The translations under genes were made by a program, and so were the position numbers. DNA of 64,000 nucleotides from Pelomyxa schiedti (Eukaryota; Protista; Evosea), in the NCBI GenBank assembly GCA_020536535.1, contig JAHLWZ010000590.1, forward strand, positions 1 to 64,000. The letters are read 5' to 3'. Below, in pieces: positions 1 through 12,544 of this stretch. Under the pieces are notes generated by a model. That model was not told the origin of the DNA. It searched no databases and saw only the letters and a program-made list of their open reading frames with translations. How positions within the stretch are numbered: the stretch's first letter is position 1; the number at the start of each line of letters is the position of its first letter.

Positions 1-245
1 ACCAGCAAGGGAACGGCTAACGGAGCGGCTCCTGGGGCTTCAAAGAACAGAACGAAGTTGGTAACTGGTAACTTCGTGTGAGTTCTATCGGCAACACGAA
101 AAGCAATTACTTTTTTTTTTTGAAAGCACCCAGTCGGAGAAGGTGCCGTGACTAGCTGTTCTATTCTTTCTTCTCTCGGCGGTTGGCAGTCGATTCTGTC
201 GCGCTACGCTAGTTAGTGTGAAATAGTGAAACAATCAAGTAAGCA

Positions 246-248
<3 letters not shown>

Positions 249-324
<76 letters not shown>
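249..324. repeat. Poly-T homopolymer (about 76 nt)
   Basis: Directly visible T run; it generates the spurious poly-Phe and poly-Lys ORFs in the track. Confidence 0.9.
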
Positions 325-325
<1 letters not shown>

Positions 326-699
326 TTACCGTCACGTTGCGTCGGACCTACTCCAATCGAACCGCACGGCCACCCAAAAGCAGGGCACTTGCACTCGCAC
401 TCGCACTCGGCAGGCTGCATGCAGGAACCAGGACGCGGGCCGAAGCTGGCTGACTCCACAGAATGCAGCACAGCAGCCCACACGACGGTCTCAGATGAAG
501 AGGCAGAGGGGGGAGGAGAGGAGGAGGAGGAGGTGATGGTGGACAGTGAAGAAGAAGAAAACCAGGAGCCTGACAACAAAGATATCCCCCAACCCGACTG
601 CTCTAACACGACTCAAGCAACAACAGCGGCGAAAAACGCACCTCAGGCAACAATCACCTCCTCTTCCAACATTGTTGTTGAAAGACGTTACCAACCAAG
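325..699 (+). CDS. Partial exon of an acidic low-complexity hypothetical protein, interrupted by the assembly gap
   Basis: Open frame encoding EEAEGGGEEEEEVMVDSEEEENQEPDNKDI... runs into the N gap; no recognisable domain. Confidence 0.35.
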
Positions 700-800
700 N
701 NNNNNNNNNNNNNNNNNNNNNNNNNNNNNNNNNNNNNNNNNNNNNNNNNNNNNNNNNNNNNNNNNNNNNNNNNNNNNNNNNNNNNNNNNNNNNNNNNNNT
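700..800. other. Assembly gap (about 100 N)
   Basis: Run of N. Confidence 0.99.
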
Positions 801-927
801 GCTGCCTGCTCTCTCATCACAACCAAAGTGAATGCTGAAGCCAAAACAACTTTTTTTTGACTGTAGAAAGCCAAACTTTTTTCTGTTGTTGGGTGTAATC
901 GAGGTTGTATTTGGGTTTGTAATTTAA

Positions 928-1185
928 TTGGGATGGCCAATGTAGTTAACTACAAAAAACTGTAGTTAACTACAAAACCAAGTTGGTTTGGTGTGTTTTT
1001 CTGTGAGTAATCCAGTTGAAAAAGTGGGAATAGGAAGAACATCATTGGTACATCGAAACTTACTACGACTTATTCTTGGGAGAGCATTCATTGGTCTATA
1101 AACAAGTCGTGATTGGTATTACTCGACTTAGAAAATGAATTTCACAGAATTTGTAGTTAACTACACTTCTGATTGGCCGTCCCAA
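928..1185. mobile_element. MITE-like non-autonomous element (about 260 bp) with terminal inverted repeats
   Basis: TTGGGATGGCCAAT (928-941) matches the reverse complement of ATTGGCCGTCCCAA (1172-1185) at 13/14. It is flanked by direct repeat ATTTAA (922-927 and 1186-1191). Three copies of palindrome TGTAGTTAACTACA lie inside (941-954, 961-974, 1152-1165). No coding capacity. Confidence 0.6.
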
Positions 1186-3649
1186 ATTTAACTTGTCTTG
1201 AGGACTCGCTCGAGTATCTTAAAAGCACACACACGGCCAGTGGGAAGAACCCAGCAGCTGCTGCCTTCGGTAGAACTCCTCTGAGTCTGGCAACGGACAA
1301 GCATTCACAGGAAGAGTTTTTCTTCTCCAAGATGGGCTGTGCACCCCTACCCCCACTACGGTAGTTCTTACATTTGTTTTGGTTGGTAGGTTGAGATATT
1401 CTGTGCGGTGTTAGGGCAGTGAGAATGAGTTAACTAGCTTACCGGCGGAGGACGAGGAAGCCAACGTGAGGAGTGCGGTCTTGTGGAATAGTGCACAAGG
1501 TCTTTTGACCCGGCCGGGTCTTTGATTTATGGAGAGTAGTAGAAGAAGTGTCTCGAAGAGCAAGTTGTTGCAAACTACTGGAGAGATATTTAAGAGTGGA
1601 AGGAAATGATGGTAAGGGAACGCACATTGGGCAAGAATTTTGATGTAATTAGGAGGAGCTTGAAGCTGCATCTCTTGCAAAAGTTCTAGGAGAGCACTCC
1701 CCTGTCATATGGCTTGGAATGTGCAGTTGCTTAGTATAAAGGGGTGCCACCTTTTCATAAGTACGGGGGCAGTGTTTGAACTGTCGAAGTCGTTCGTTGT
1801 ACACCCGAGTTGAATCTTGTGTTGTAAGACATTGGTGAATGTAGACCGAAATTAGCTTGGTTGAGTGCTCGACAGCTGGGGGAAAAAAATGGGCCAAAGC
1901 AACTGACTGAAGACTGAAGGGAATAGACCACAGATGCTTCTTGGTCTATTTTGTCGAATAGTTTTATTCAGCAGCACTATTGCTTTGAAAATCCTGGGAC
2001 AGTGTCAGGAGTGACATAGTAGGAAGCTAAACAAATACACATTAGTTTCTTGCACTTCTCAACCTGCCGTTTATTGTCATTGGGTTCGACTCACACAGCA
2101 GAGAATCCTCCGATAAAGGTCTATTTGATTCCTACTTGTTTTTCCGGGGAAAATTTTACCGTTTCATAATACTTGGCATAAAAAGGGGCGTATCCTGCAA
2201 ACATATATACTTGTATCTTAGCGCTTAAAAACCAAGAGTTTTTCTGTACCTTAAACAGAATAACTCCAAAAATCCACATTTTTCAGTGTAAGATTTTCGG
2301 TTCGGGTTAAAAGGGGTTACAGTATTTCAAGAGATACCTAAATTCAACAATTAGAACAGGAAAATGGGGGAGGGTCTAGGATTACCTTCGGAGCCAGAAA
2401 ATAGGAGACCCACAGCATATCAGACGAGACTCTGTGGACCCTCCAAAGGATTTTGGATTTGCACGCTTTAAGGAAGTTAGAAAATCAAAAACCTACACCA
2501 CATAATCATACCGCCGCAACTTTCAATACCAACACTTTATCTTCCAAATTGAGCAATAGATTGTGGGGCTTGGTTATAACAGTAAAAGTAATGAGGAGCC
2601 AGAACAACCTTCAGATCAAAATAAGAAGGAAAAGTAATGGCAGAGGTAATTTGTGCAGAATGTTTTTATTGTGAAGTTCGAGGACACCCCATGCTATATC
2701 GGTATGGTTTATTGATAAAGACCTTGGAAATTCGACTGTTGCACCAAGTTGTTCCATGAAGAATTTAGCCTCGTTCTCACACTCTTTCTTTATGTGGGTG
2801 TCCATATCATCATTGTTGCAGTACTCAAAATTACACATATTGCTCAGTTCACCTGAGTGCAACACTTTCTATCTTGTTCTTAAGACAAGACCTTTGATGG
2901 TTACGGGCACGCCTTGTACCTGAAGTAAACCATAAAACCACAGCGTTGGTTGGACAAGTGGGATTCGTACACTCGTCATTTATCGTGAAAAAACCATCTC
3001 CTCCTTCGTGCATTGCATGGCAAATGTGGTGCCAGGGACTACTGTGCTCACACACAAAAATAAGTTTCTCCAAAGGTATGATGACGACGTGGGGTAACTG
3101 CCTGGCACCCAGACAGTCCCTCCCGTGCCTAACGCATAATCAAATACAAGTTTCGAATCACAAATCTAAAACACACACTGACGCCCTTTCTGTCATGTCT
3201 ACCACAACAACACCCACAACAGAGAGCAGCGCCGAAAACTCGACGACACAAACAGCGGGTGCGAGGAGCCGCTTGTTTTCGCCTCACTCTCAATTCTCCT
3301 ACTAGTGCCAGCACCGGCTGAAGCAAAGGCGGAGAAATTGGAGCGTCTTTGCAAGCACGCCAAAACTCGTGGGGTGGACGATGCATACAAAGTAACTTAC
3401 TTCCCCGTTCTATCCCCAAGTTTTAGGGTTAATTTTTTTTTTTTTTGCCCAGGATAAAGTGCGTGGTGCTACGTTTGTGTGTGGAAAGTGCGGAAGGTGC
3501 ACAAACAATCCAAAGTTTGTCTGTGTGCCAAAGAAGCTGTGACTGCTGCCGACGGATTGATGTATTGAGTTGATTGGGAGTGATGTTGTTTGTGATTGGT
3601 GATGAGTTGATTTGGAGTGGGATACCATTTGGTCCCCAATATTCTTTGC

Positions 3650-6600
3650 TTTTTGAGGGTGGTTAAAACTTGGTGAAGTCTTGAAGTGTCCTGTGCCGGT
3701 GCAAATAAACCCATAGCTTTTGGTCTGGATCAAAGCGAACACACGGGTCTCGTTCCGCATGCAGCCGATCCAATGCACCACTGACAATTGTGTTGATCTG
3801 AGTTTTCTGGATATTCTCTACCACGAACCTGAAGAAAAGGTAAGGGTGGGTTTCGCTGGAAAAAGCTGGGAGAAATACTGAGAGTCACTAAGTAGCATTG
3901 CAACGTCAGGGCGGGTTCCAACTCCCCCAGGGAGTCTAGCAGCCGCATCGCGTACTAAAGGAAGTATGTTGACAAAAGAGGGTCTATTAGACTTGAGCAT
4001 GAAGTGTTCTCGAGGCTTAAGAGAGGGATTTCCTGCACGATTCACTTGTTTGATTAGGTTTTCCGAAATGTGGTTGTTTTTTGGCATGTGAGATTACAAA
4101 AAAAAAAAAAAGTGTATGCACTCACCTGCCACTCTTTTCAAAGGTGCAACGACACTTTTGACCAATGGTAAGTTATACTGAAAAGCTTGCTCTGGAATTC
4201 GGTATCTCTCGGCTTCTTGGCGTCGGAACTCTTGAACAACATCTCCTGGAGTTGCCTCAATTGTCGGGCCACTTTTGCTCATGCGGGAAGATGAAATTTT
4301 GAGTTCCCTGAACTCACATTAAAATAACCAATGGCAGAGTCTTTTTGTACGATTTGTCTTCATTGAACATGTTTCTTGACAAAGCAAACCAGAACAGCTG
4401 TTCTAAAGACTGCAATTGTTCTTCTTTTTCCTTAGTCATCTGCGGTTGATATCGTCTCGTATCATTAAATGGAAAACGAGAATCGGGTGTTGCTAAACAA
4501 GCTTGAGAGGCCACAAACTGGAGAAAAGTAAAACCTTTTTCCAACCACTGCCAGTACCCAGTGTCCGAGTCATACCGCACGGCGGGCTGGAAGTGGCTCC
4601 CAGGAGTGATGGTGATGGATGGTGGATGTGCCAAAAATCCAAGTGCATATCGCAGAAAGAGACCTACATGGAGACTTGGCGGTATGTCACGTAGGATGAT
4701 ATCGTGTTTTTCAATACGTTGAGTGAGAGCTAAACAGAACTCAGAAACATTAAAAACGAGGCAAGGTACTCTCAAGTGTAACACTGAGACCCTGGGAAAA
4801 AAAGAGTGCTCGGAGTGTAGTAAATAGTACAAAAGCGGGTATATACTGTTGGTGTTATAATTTTGAAGAAAGCAAGTAATTACTTACATCTTAAAGGCAA
4901 CCAAAGGAAAAAGGAATGTATGGTTAATGAGATAAACTCTAATAAGACAGAAGTACCTCTCTTTCTGATATACCTTGAAAAGTGGTGTAAGTCATGTTTA
5001 TATTACCCCATAAGAATCTTACCCCGATAAATGTTGGTGATGTCTTTTGTGTTTTTTGTGGAACTCTTCCTCTATCTCACCGTCCTCGCCACCACTACTG
5101 GAACCAGTGTCCTCATTGTGTGTAGTGGGAAGCAGTGCCGTGTCCGTGAGGTTGTTTGGAATTCCCAATGATGAACGATAAAGAAGAATTTTGCCTGTTC
5201 TTTATGAGATTTTTTCCAGAAGGAAACGAAACGTTACTGATTAAATTAGCATTGTATTCTTTCATGGAGTGAATGTAACATTTGAACTTCAGTAGTCTAT
5301 ACTGCTTGCGGTATCTTTGGACCTCTGGTGCCAAGAAACCATCTATTATACAGTGAGCAGGGTGAAATTTTAATTCGTCTCGACTTCTTAAGTCACGTGT
5401 GAACTGGTGAACTGGGTTATTGAAGTGAAAAACTTCCCCAGCAAAAAGATTCTCCAATATCGTTGTCTGTGAAGTACTAACTTTTGGCAGGAGTTCCTGT
5501 TACAAAACCTTTACATAAAAAAAGAACAGTTGAACAAAATACTTGCAGAGAAGCACGTTGCTCTTCAGAAAGAATCGAGTTCCAGGTGTGCATGTTGAGA
5601 ACAGAGCTTAGATCTGCTAGTTTACAAAGGGCAAGAGGCAAAACTACAGTAATACCACATGCCTCAACTTCCTCCCATTTAGGAGCAGCATCTTTACTGA
5701 TTGCCTAGAGGTACTCAATGACTATGTAGTGCACCTGAGACCAATAGATACCTGTACAGGGAGTTCATCATCAGACAAGTCCTTGAGGTACCGGGAACGC
5801 AATGTCGCCGCTCTGTCAATGGTGAGTGCAAGAATAGCAAGAGAGTATGCATTACAACCTTCTGCAACGTTGTTCTGCTCTTTCTTCGTCTGCAGCTTCT
5901 TGTTGCTGTTTTCGTAATTGCTTAGCTTCTTCTTCTGCTAGGTGATGCTGCCTCAAAAGAAGTTGTTGCTGTTGCTGTTCTGCATTGACTTGTGGTGGGG
6001 GTGGAAGGGGTTGTGCTGCTTGTTGTGTATGAGATGCACCATGCCGACGCTTAGGAGCAGGTGCACAAGCATTTGAAGGTGTTGGGGGCTGTTGAATTTG
6101 TGGCGATGACTGTGTGATGGGTGATGGTTGAGCATACGAAGTCTGAATGGGTGAGTTAGGTCCGGAATGGCGTGATCTGTTTGCTGCAGACTGCGAGGAA
6201 ACTGGAGGGGGTGAATATGCTGGCGGGGGTGACGACAACTGAGTGGGTGAAGAGTAAACCTGCTGTGACTGCTGCATCACGGGGTACTGTTGGAATGCAC
6301 GTGTGTCGACGCTGGTATGCTGTGGCTGTTGCTGCTGTTGCTGGGATTGTAGCTGTAGTTGCAGAGGCGGAAGCTGCTGCACCGGTTGCCCATAGCCCGT
6401 CTGTTGCTGTTGCTGTTGAGGTTGTTGCTGCTGTGGTTGCTGTTGCCTCCTCTTTTTCTTCTTTTCCGTTGGAACGACCCCAGCGTACTGCTGCTGGTAC
6501 GCCGTAGCCGACGAGCACAAAGAAGCGGAATTAACAACCACAACGTTCCCGTGTGTGCTCTGCTGCCTCCCTCCGCCGCTGACGCCGCCGCTAATATCCG

Positions 6601-7423
6601 CACAGCCGCCGCCACCACCACCAAAAGAGGTATCAACCGAGTACGAAGCAGCACTCTGATTTGTCACATTCCCTCCTCCAGAGTTGCTGTTGATGTTGGT
6701 GATGGTGTTGGTACCACCCGCGCTCACATTCGTCATTTCCGTGAGGCTCCCTCCGCCGCCGTGGCCTGATGCCGCGTCCGCCGACGCGCCGTAGCTCGGC
6801 GTCGTGGTGGGAGGAGCGGCGAACGACGACGGGGACGACGAGACAGCGGCCGGGGGCGGCAGCGTGGCCGGCGGCATCATCGGTAGCCCCCCGCTCTGCG
6901 AGAGGGAGGACGGCGGGGGGAGGTAGTTGTAGGCAAACGCGCCGCCGCCCCCGCCGCCGCTGCTCGCGGGGCCGCCGCCGAGGTTCCCGAGGTACGGGGC
7001 GCTGCCGGCTCCTGGATGGGGCGGGGGGACGAGGTGCGGGTGCTCCTGGTCTCGGTACTGGTACTGCGGCTGCGGCTGGAGCTGGGCCTGCGGCTGAGAT
7101 CGGCGCGAGGAGGCGGACGCGGAGGGGGAGGAGGCCGACGACGAGGGGTTGCGGGACCGCTTGCGCTGCTGCTGCTGCTGCTGCGGCTGCTGCGCGACAG
7201 CGGGCGGGAAGGCAGATTGAGGCTGCTGCGTGGCTGGGGGATCGACGCGAGGTGTGTGTGGGTTTGCGGCGCTCGGGGTGTGGGTTGGTGTTGCTTTTGG
7301 CGCGGCCGGTTGAGGTGTTTGTTGTTGCTTTTTGTGGATTTGATTTCTCCTTTTGATCTCAACCGATGGACAAACCTCAGGAGCTCTCGAGTTCGAAAGA
7401 TAACTAGGGCCACGGTATAAGGG
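3650..7423 (-). CDS. NFRKB: NFRKB/INO80G-like protein: long Q/P/S-rich N-terminus, DEUBAD domain, winged-helix region (multi-exon; 3' end may extend toward about 2600)
   Basis: LFAGEVFHFNNPVHQF...DGFLAPEVQRYRKQY (DEUBAD-like); FRRQEAERY...REHFMLKSNRPSFVNILPLVRDAAARLPGGVGTRPDVAMLLSDSQY and GALDRLHAERDPCVRFDPDQKLWVYLHR match the conserved NFRKB segment. Confidence 0.85.
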
Positions 7424-7482
7424 CTAAAGGGAGTTTTTTCCTGCAGCGGCGCCCTCCATAATTTCCAAGAGTGATTGCAGAA

Positions 7483-9083
7483 ATGGCTGGTGATGGTGAA
7501 GAGTACAACAACGGACTGGACCCAACCGACGAGGATGACGCCGTAGGCATTTCACCCACCTCAAGTCAGTCTCCGCACGCAGCCAGGCTCAGGTCCCTCG
7601 TCGCCGAATTGGCCACTCTCGTTGCATCCTACCGAGAGCAGCGCGCCAGGGCACGTCAACAATTGCAAATGACGTCGCATCCAACTGCACCCTCCTCCGC
7701 ATCCACAACAACACCCGCACCTCCTCCAGCTGTCACTCAGAGCAGCGACACCGACAACGCAACCAACACCCTACCACAGCAACAAGATCCCAATCACACC
7801 AGACACGGGGCAGATCTCGTGGGCGGCGACATGGACCTGGAGGCAGAAGATTCCGAGGACGACGAAGACGACGAAGACGGAGACGACGTGGACCGAGTCG
7901 TCGGGGAGACCATGGGGACGATGAGGCAGTGCATGCAGTTCGTCGCGTTCGGGGCGGTGAGGCACTCGGACGCCGTGGAGCTGATGGAGAGGCTGGTGGA
8001 GACCGCGAGGCGGGCGGCGGGCTGGCCGCGGGTGCCCACGCGCGGCGGGCCCCCCGCCGGCTGCGTGCTCTACTTCAGGCACCCCGGGCAGGGCCGCCTG
8101 CGGACCAAGTGGGCGGACCCCGTCGAGTTCACGCAGGGCGGCATCCGCTGCGACGTCTGCAGCCGCGACTGGATACAGTGCTCCTACAGGGTGGTGCAGG
8201 GGGGCTCGGCGGGGCCCGAGGGGGGCAAGGGGGGAGGGGCGGGCGGGGCCCAGGAGAGGCAGCAGGAACAGGGGCAGGAGCAGGAGGAGGAGGAGGTGGA
8301 CACATCGAGCTACCATGTGGACAGGATTGGGTGGGATGTGTGCGCTGAGTGTGCTGTTGTGCACTGCTCTGGGTGGTTTGATGAGATTAGGTCGTGTGCA
8401 CAGTCTGCTGTTCTGGGGCCGGGAGGTTGTGTGCGTGCGATACCGTCGTACGCTGAGGAATACCAGCTCAGAGTTTCCGGTACAACATGTTGTGAGCTCG
8501 GAGTCACTTTGGTTGTGGAAGTATCGCAAGTGTGCATGCTGTTTTATTTTATTCCTTACGAAAGGAGTTAACCCAAACTCACAGACAGGCGAAAAGCTCA
8601 AGTGCATTGCAGTTCCTGAAGCCGAAGTCAGCTCCCCGAACACATGGCAATTTCAGAGGGCCTGTACAGTTCCTCTCGATGTTCCAACCTGCGGTAAAGA
8701 GGAGCGATGCCCGATATGCCTAGAACCGGTAGTTGGAGCGTCACTTAAAGTTGTTTTGACCGCATGTGGCCATTGGTTCCACGACCAGTGCGTCAGAAGG
8801 TATTTATCCGTATCAATTTAAGTAATTGATTATCCTCACACAAAACTTCAGGCATTTGCGCTCGCAGCGAAGTGCTTCCTGCCCAATGTGCCGATGTGAA
8901 AACGTGCTTCCACCCCGCAAGCACCCAACAGGGCAAGTAACACTGAACCTATCACACAGTCACACTGGCTGCCCATTGGATCCCGGAACCAAATACATTG
9001 CTGTTGTTGTGGTGTACACTGATGATTCACTTCCACTGCAGTCTGCTGCTGTGATTCTGTGCACACGAATATGTAAGCACTAA
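7483..9083 (+). CDS. RING-finger protein with acidic region and degenerate ZZ-like zinc finger (3' end approximate)
   Basis: ATG at 7483; CDVC...WDVCAEC; RING CPICLEP...ACGHWFHDQC and, after an intron, CPMC. Confidence 0.75.
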
Positions 9084-9264
9084 ATGTACATGGATTCTTA
9101 AAACAAATTCATTTTCACTCTCCCAAGCAAATCTTCCTGTCGGGGCCTTTTGCATTTTTGTTCATCACCAATTGGGAATTTTTTTTCAATCGAAGTGAAG
9201 TCCGTTCCCTGCGGCTGCGTTCTTCGGTTTTTGATTTCCCGTTTCATTTCTTTCTCAAAAAACA

Positions 9265-11563
9265 ATGCTTGTTCTGCTGCTGTTGACGGGGTGCCTGTGC
9301 ACTTCAGCACAGACGGTTTGCTTTGCAAGAGCTCTAAACACCCTCTAATTTTTTGCGTAGTACATATGGCCAGCTCCGCAAGTCGTGACTAGCGGCAGCA
9401 CCACGTTGTTATTGCAACCTACTTTTGTCTTTTATTCGGCTAGCACTTCTGGTATCCTTAGCAGGGCCATTTCGAGATACGAAAACCTTATTTTTAACCA
9501 CGAACCGTGGGAGGCCAGCACATCTGCTGTGCAGGGAACAATTCCTTTGAATCAGCTCACCATGTTTGTTTACTTCCCTCTTTGTCACCTTTAATACCTT
9601 CCCAACCATTTTTCAGAACTATACTTAATTCTGATGAAACCTTGCAATTATACATGGACGAGACCTACAAGTTGACCATACCGTCTAATGGCAACATTGC
9701 TACACTTTCTGCTCAGACCGTATGGGGTGCTCTTCGCGGCCTTGAGACATTCTCGCAGTTGGTAATGGAAAACTTCATTTTATTAGTGCCATAACGAGAT
9801 GAAAGATTATTTATGACTTCGCAAATCATGTTTATCTTCTGAAAAATGCTCCTTGGACTATCACTGATTTCCCCTCTTTCACACACAGAGGATTACTTGT
9901 AGACTCTTCCCGCCATTTTCAGGTACCCAATGCCCATTTTGGCAACTGTCCAACTTTTGTGTCTGCAAGCCTGTGTCAGTCATAAAACGAGTGATTGATA
10001 GTATGGCGTATGCTAAACTGAACGTTCTTCATTGGCACGTTGTTGACTCACAGTCATTCCCATTTGAGTCCTTTTCTGAACCAAATCTATGGGAGGGGTC
10101 GTGGTCTGTTAATGTACGTGCTCCTGCTTCATTTTATTCCTTTCTTAATTGAGTGAAGGAAAGGTACACCCAGCAAGATATCCGCAATATTGTAGGGTAT
10201 GCCCGCGACAATGGGATACGTGTAATGGCATGTATACCTGAGACTGAAAAAAGCTATTATTAATGCACAAGATGAATAGATTGAATTCGATATTCCTGGC
10301 CATGCTGCTTCCTGGTGCACTGGGTACCCTGAAGTATGGCTACTGTTTGATTTCGAAGTTGTCTTACATTCTATCAGATTTGCCCAAGGCCACGTTGCTT
10401 GTAATTATTACGCATTACATTGTTATAAGTAACAAAAGCAGGGAGCCACTTGATCCTAGCGTTAACGCCACATATGATCTCCTCACCAGCTTATTTGGTG
10501 AGATAACTGGTGGAGAACAGGGAGCTGGGTTGTTCCCTGAGAACCTCTTCCATGTGTGTTTTACTCACTGTTTTCTGAAAAGCTCATCTTGTGCAGCTTG
10601 GTGGTGACGAAGTTGATACAACATGCTGGGTTACCACATCCCGTAATTTCCTTCTCTTCGAAAATAACGAAACACCGATGATGTTTTAGACATTGATCAA
10701 TGGATGGTGGACAATCGCTACACACCGGTACCACTATATTCATGTAGTGGTTTTAATTTTTTGTTTCTTTTTTTTAAAAGGATGATGCATATATGTACAT
10801 TGTAGAGAAGGCTCACAGCATTGTTTCTTCATTTGGAAGAGAGCCAGTAAATTGGGAAGAAGTTTTCGATCACTTCGGTAACACGTTGGATGCTCAATCA
10901 ATCATTCACGTGTGGCTTGACCATTCAAAACTTGCCGTATGTACCGTTTTCCAGACGAATGAAAACTTAGCCTCCTCAAGGAAATTGTTGCTGCTGGCTA
11001 TCGGGGCATTCTGTCCAATAATGATGTGTGGTACTTGGACCATCTGGAAACTTCATGGCAGCAGTTTTATCTCAATGACTTACTTGAAGTTTTTTCCCCT
11101 CCTTTAATCGTACTGCATATTGAACCATGTACTAGGGAATAACTGATCCCGACCAACAATCATTGGTATTGGGTGGTGAAGTATGCATGTGGGGTGAAAC
11201 AGTTGATGCTTCAGATATATTCAATACAATCTGGCCTCGCGCTGCCGCTGCTTCTGTGAGGGAACCCATAACAAGTATTCATACTAATACATTTCAATAG
11301 GAGCGAATGTGGAGTGCGGCATCAGCAGTCACAGATACTGACGCTGCCCTTCCTAGGCTTCAGGTCCGAGTTTCATGTAATATGAAAATTCCTAAAAGAA
11401 ATTCTAGTGGTTCAGATGCTTCCTTAATAGCCGTGGCATTGGAGCAGCTCCAGTAAGCAACAGGTTTTTCCACCCCATTAAGTTCTATCCATATCTTATA
11501 ATTTTACACTTCAGTGTTGCCCGCCAAGCACCTCCCGCTCCCTCTGGTTGTTATCTCAGTTAA
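9265..11563 (+). CDS. Beta-N-acetylhexosaminidase (GH20), secreted or lysosomal, multi-exon
   Basis: Signal-peptide-like [12 protein letters not shown]; IWPAPQ; [16 protein letters not shown]; [12 protein letters not shown]; [16 protein letters not shown]; [11 protein letters not shown]; ends [14 protein letters not shown]. Confidence 0.93.
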
Positions 11564-11969
11564 ACAGGTCTAAAATAAACAGAAATACATGTCCACTTTT
11601 TTTTTTTCCTTAAGTTAACCTTTACATAGTTTTCTGCCAGCCCATTGGGAAAATGTGACAAGTTACCCCGGTTGCTTGTGGGTGTAGAGATAACAGTCGA
11701 CTGATTGTTGTGCCGAGTGCATTTTCCACTTCCGTCGCCCCAGTTGTCGCTCCAAGTTGGTGTTGATACTGTTCGCATAATTCCCAATCCAATTTTCGCA
11801 AAAATTTTGGTTTTGCGCCAACCTTTTTAAGGACCAAAAAGGTGCGATTATTAAAAAAAATAAAAAAAGAAACCGGATGCGGAAGAAGTACCAGCTACAC
11901 CAGAAGGTGCGACACAGAAACTCAGAAACTCAGAATCACACGTGGCAAACAGGGTGCATCTGGATCAGC

Positions 11970-12075
11970 AAGGAGCATTTGGAGCAGTGCTTGGGAGTGC
12001 ATTTGAGAGCGGGTGGTGTGCATTTTTGGGAGCATTTGGAGCGGAGCGGAGCGGCGCATTTGGGAGCTGGGGGAG
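11970..12075. repeat. Imperfect short tandem repeats of a GCATTT(G/T)GGAGC-like unit
   Basis: Several visible copies of gcatttggagc, gcatttgagagc and gcatttgggagc. Confidence 0.5.
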
Positions 12076-12432
12076 TTTGGGTGGGTCTGGCAGCATCAGT
12101 CATTTTGGGGATAGCCAGCAGCAAAGCAAGCAAGCAGCATTTTGGGGGCATATAGAGTACAACAGAGGCTATTGTTACATTTGCAGCAAAAACACCCAAT
12201 ACAGGCGGGGGGTAGTTCCCTTCATCCCGTTGCGGCTGTAGTTGCTGGGGCAAAAAAACGGTTTTTGGTTCCTTTAAAATCAAAAACCAAGTAGGAACCC
12301 CGTTGCTGCCGAAGTTCGGCTCCCACAATTCATAAAGAGGAAAACGGTTGGAGGAAAAAGCCTGAAAGTAGAGATTTCCCTTCTGAGGGAAGCTCCCATG
12401 GTTCGCAAAACAACCAAACAGGGCTCCTAGTT

Positions 12433-12544
12433 CTAGACAGCCAATCTGGAGGTCAGGGTTCGATTCCCTGCCTGGGGAGAGATTGACGGTGGAAACTTCA
12501 ATGTCACACAACAGCAACCCCAGGTGGTGTAATGGTAGCACTCT
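12433..12544 (+). tRNA. trnG-GCC: Circularly permuted tRNA gene, Gly(GCC)-type; 3' half at 12433-12478 precedes 5' half at 12518-12544
   Basis: 5' half CCCCAGG-TG-GTGT-AATGGTA-GCAC-T (A box). 3' half CTAGA-CAGCCAA-TCTGG-AGGT-CAGGG-TTCGATT-CCCTG-CCTGGGG-A (B box). Acceptor 7/7, D 4/4, anticodon 5/5 and T 5/5 stems pair (G-U allowed); A15-U48 and U26-A44 are consistent; total 71 nt. Confidence 0.85.

Noticed and set aside
226-609. Poly-Phe and poly-Lys ORFs (also at 53246-53627)
   Set aside because: Artifacts of translating poly-T tracts.
1411-1897. Possible decayed pogo/DDE transposase next to the MITE (FILSNCTFQAI*QG resembles FLPPNCT...QPLDQG)
   Set aside because: Only one weak, interrupted motif; no catalytic D/D/D context can be recognised by eye. 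A tblastn or HMM search would be needed.
2080-2100. T-loop-like GGGTTCGACTC (and a reverse-strand GGTTCGATTC near 24000-24015)
   Set aside because: No T stem, acceptor stem or matching D-arm half nearby; the second lies inside PTEN.
7424-7426. In-frame TAG as evidence for a reassigned genetic code
   Set aside because: TAG terminates other genes normally (for example the SEL1 ORF at 58068), and conserved exons contain no in-frame stops.
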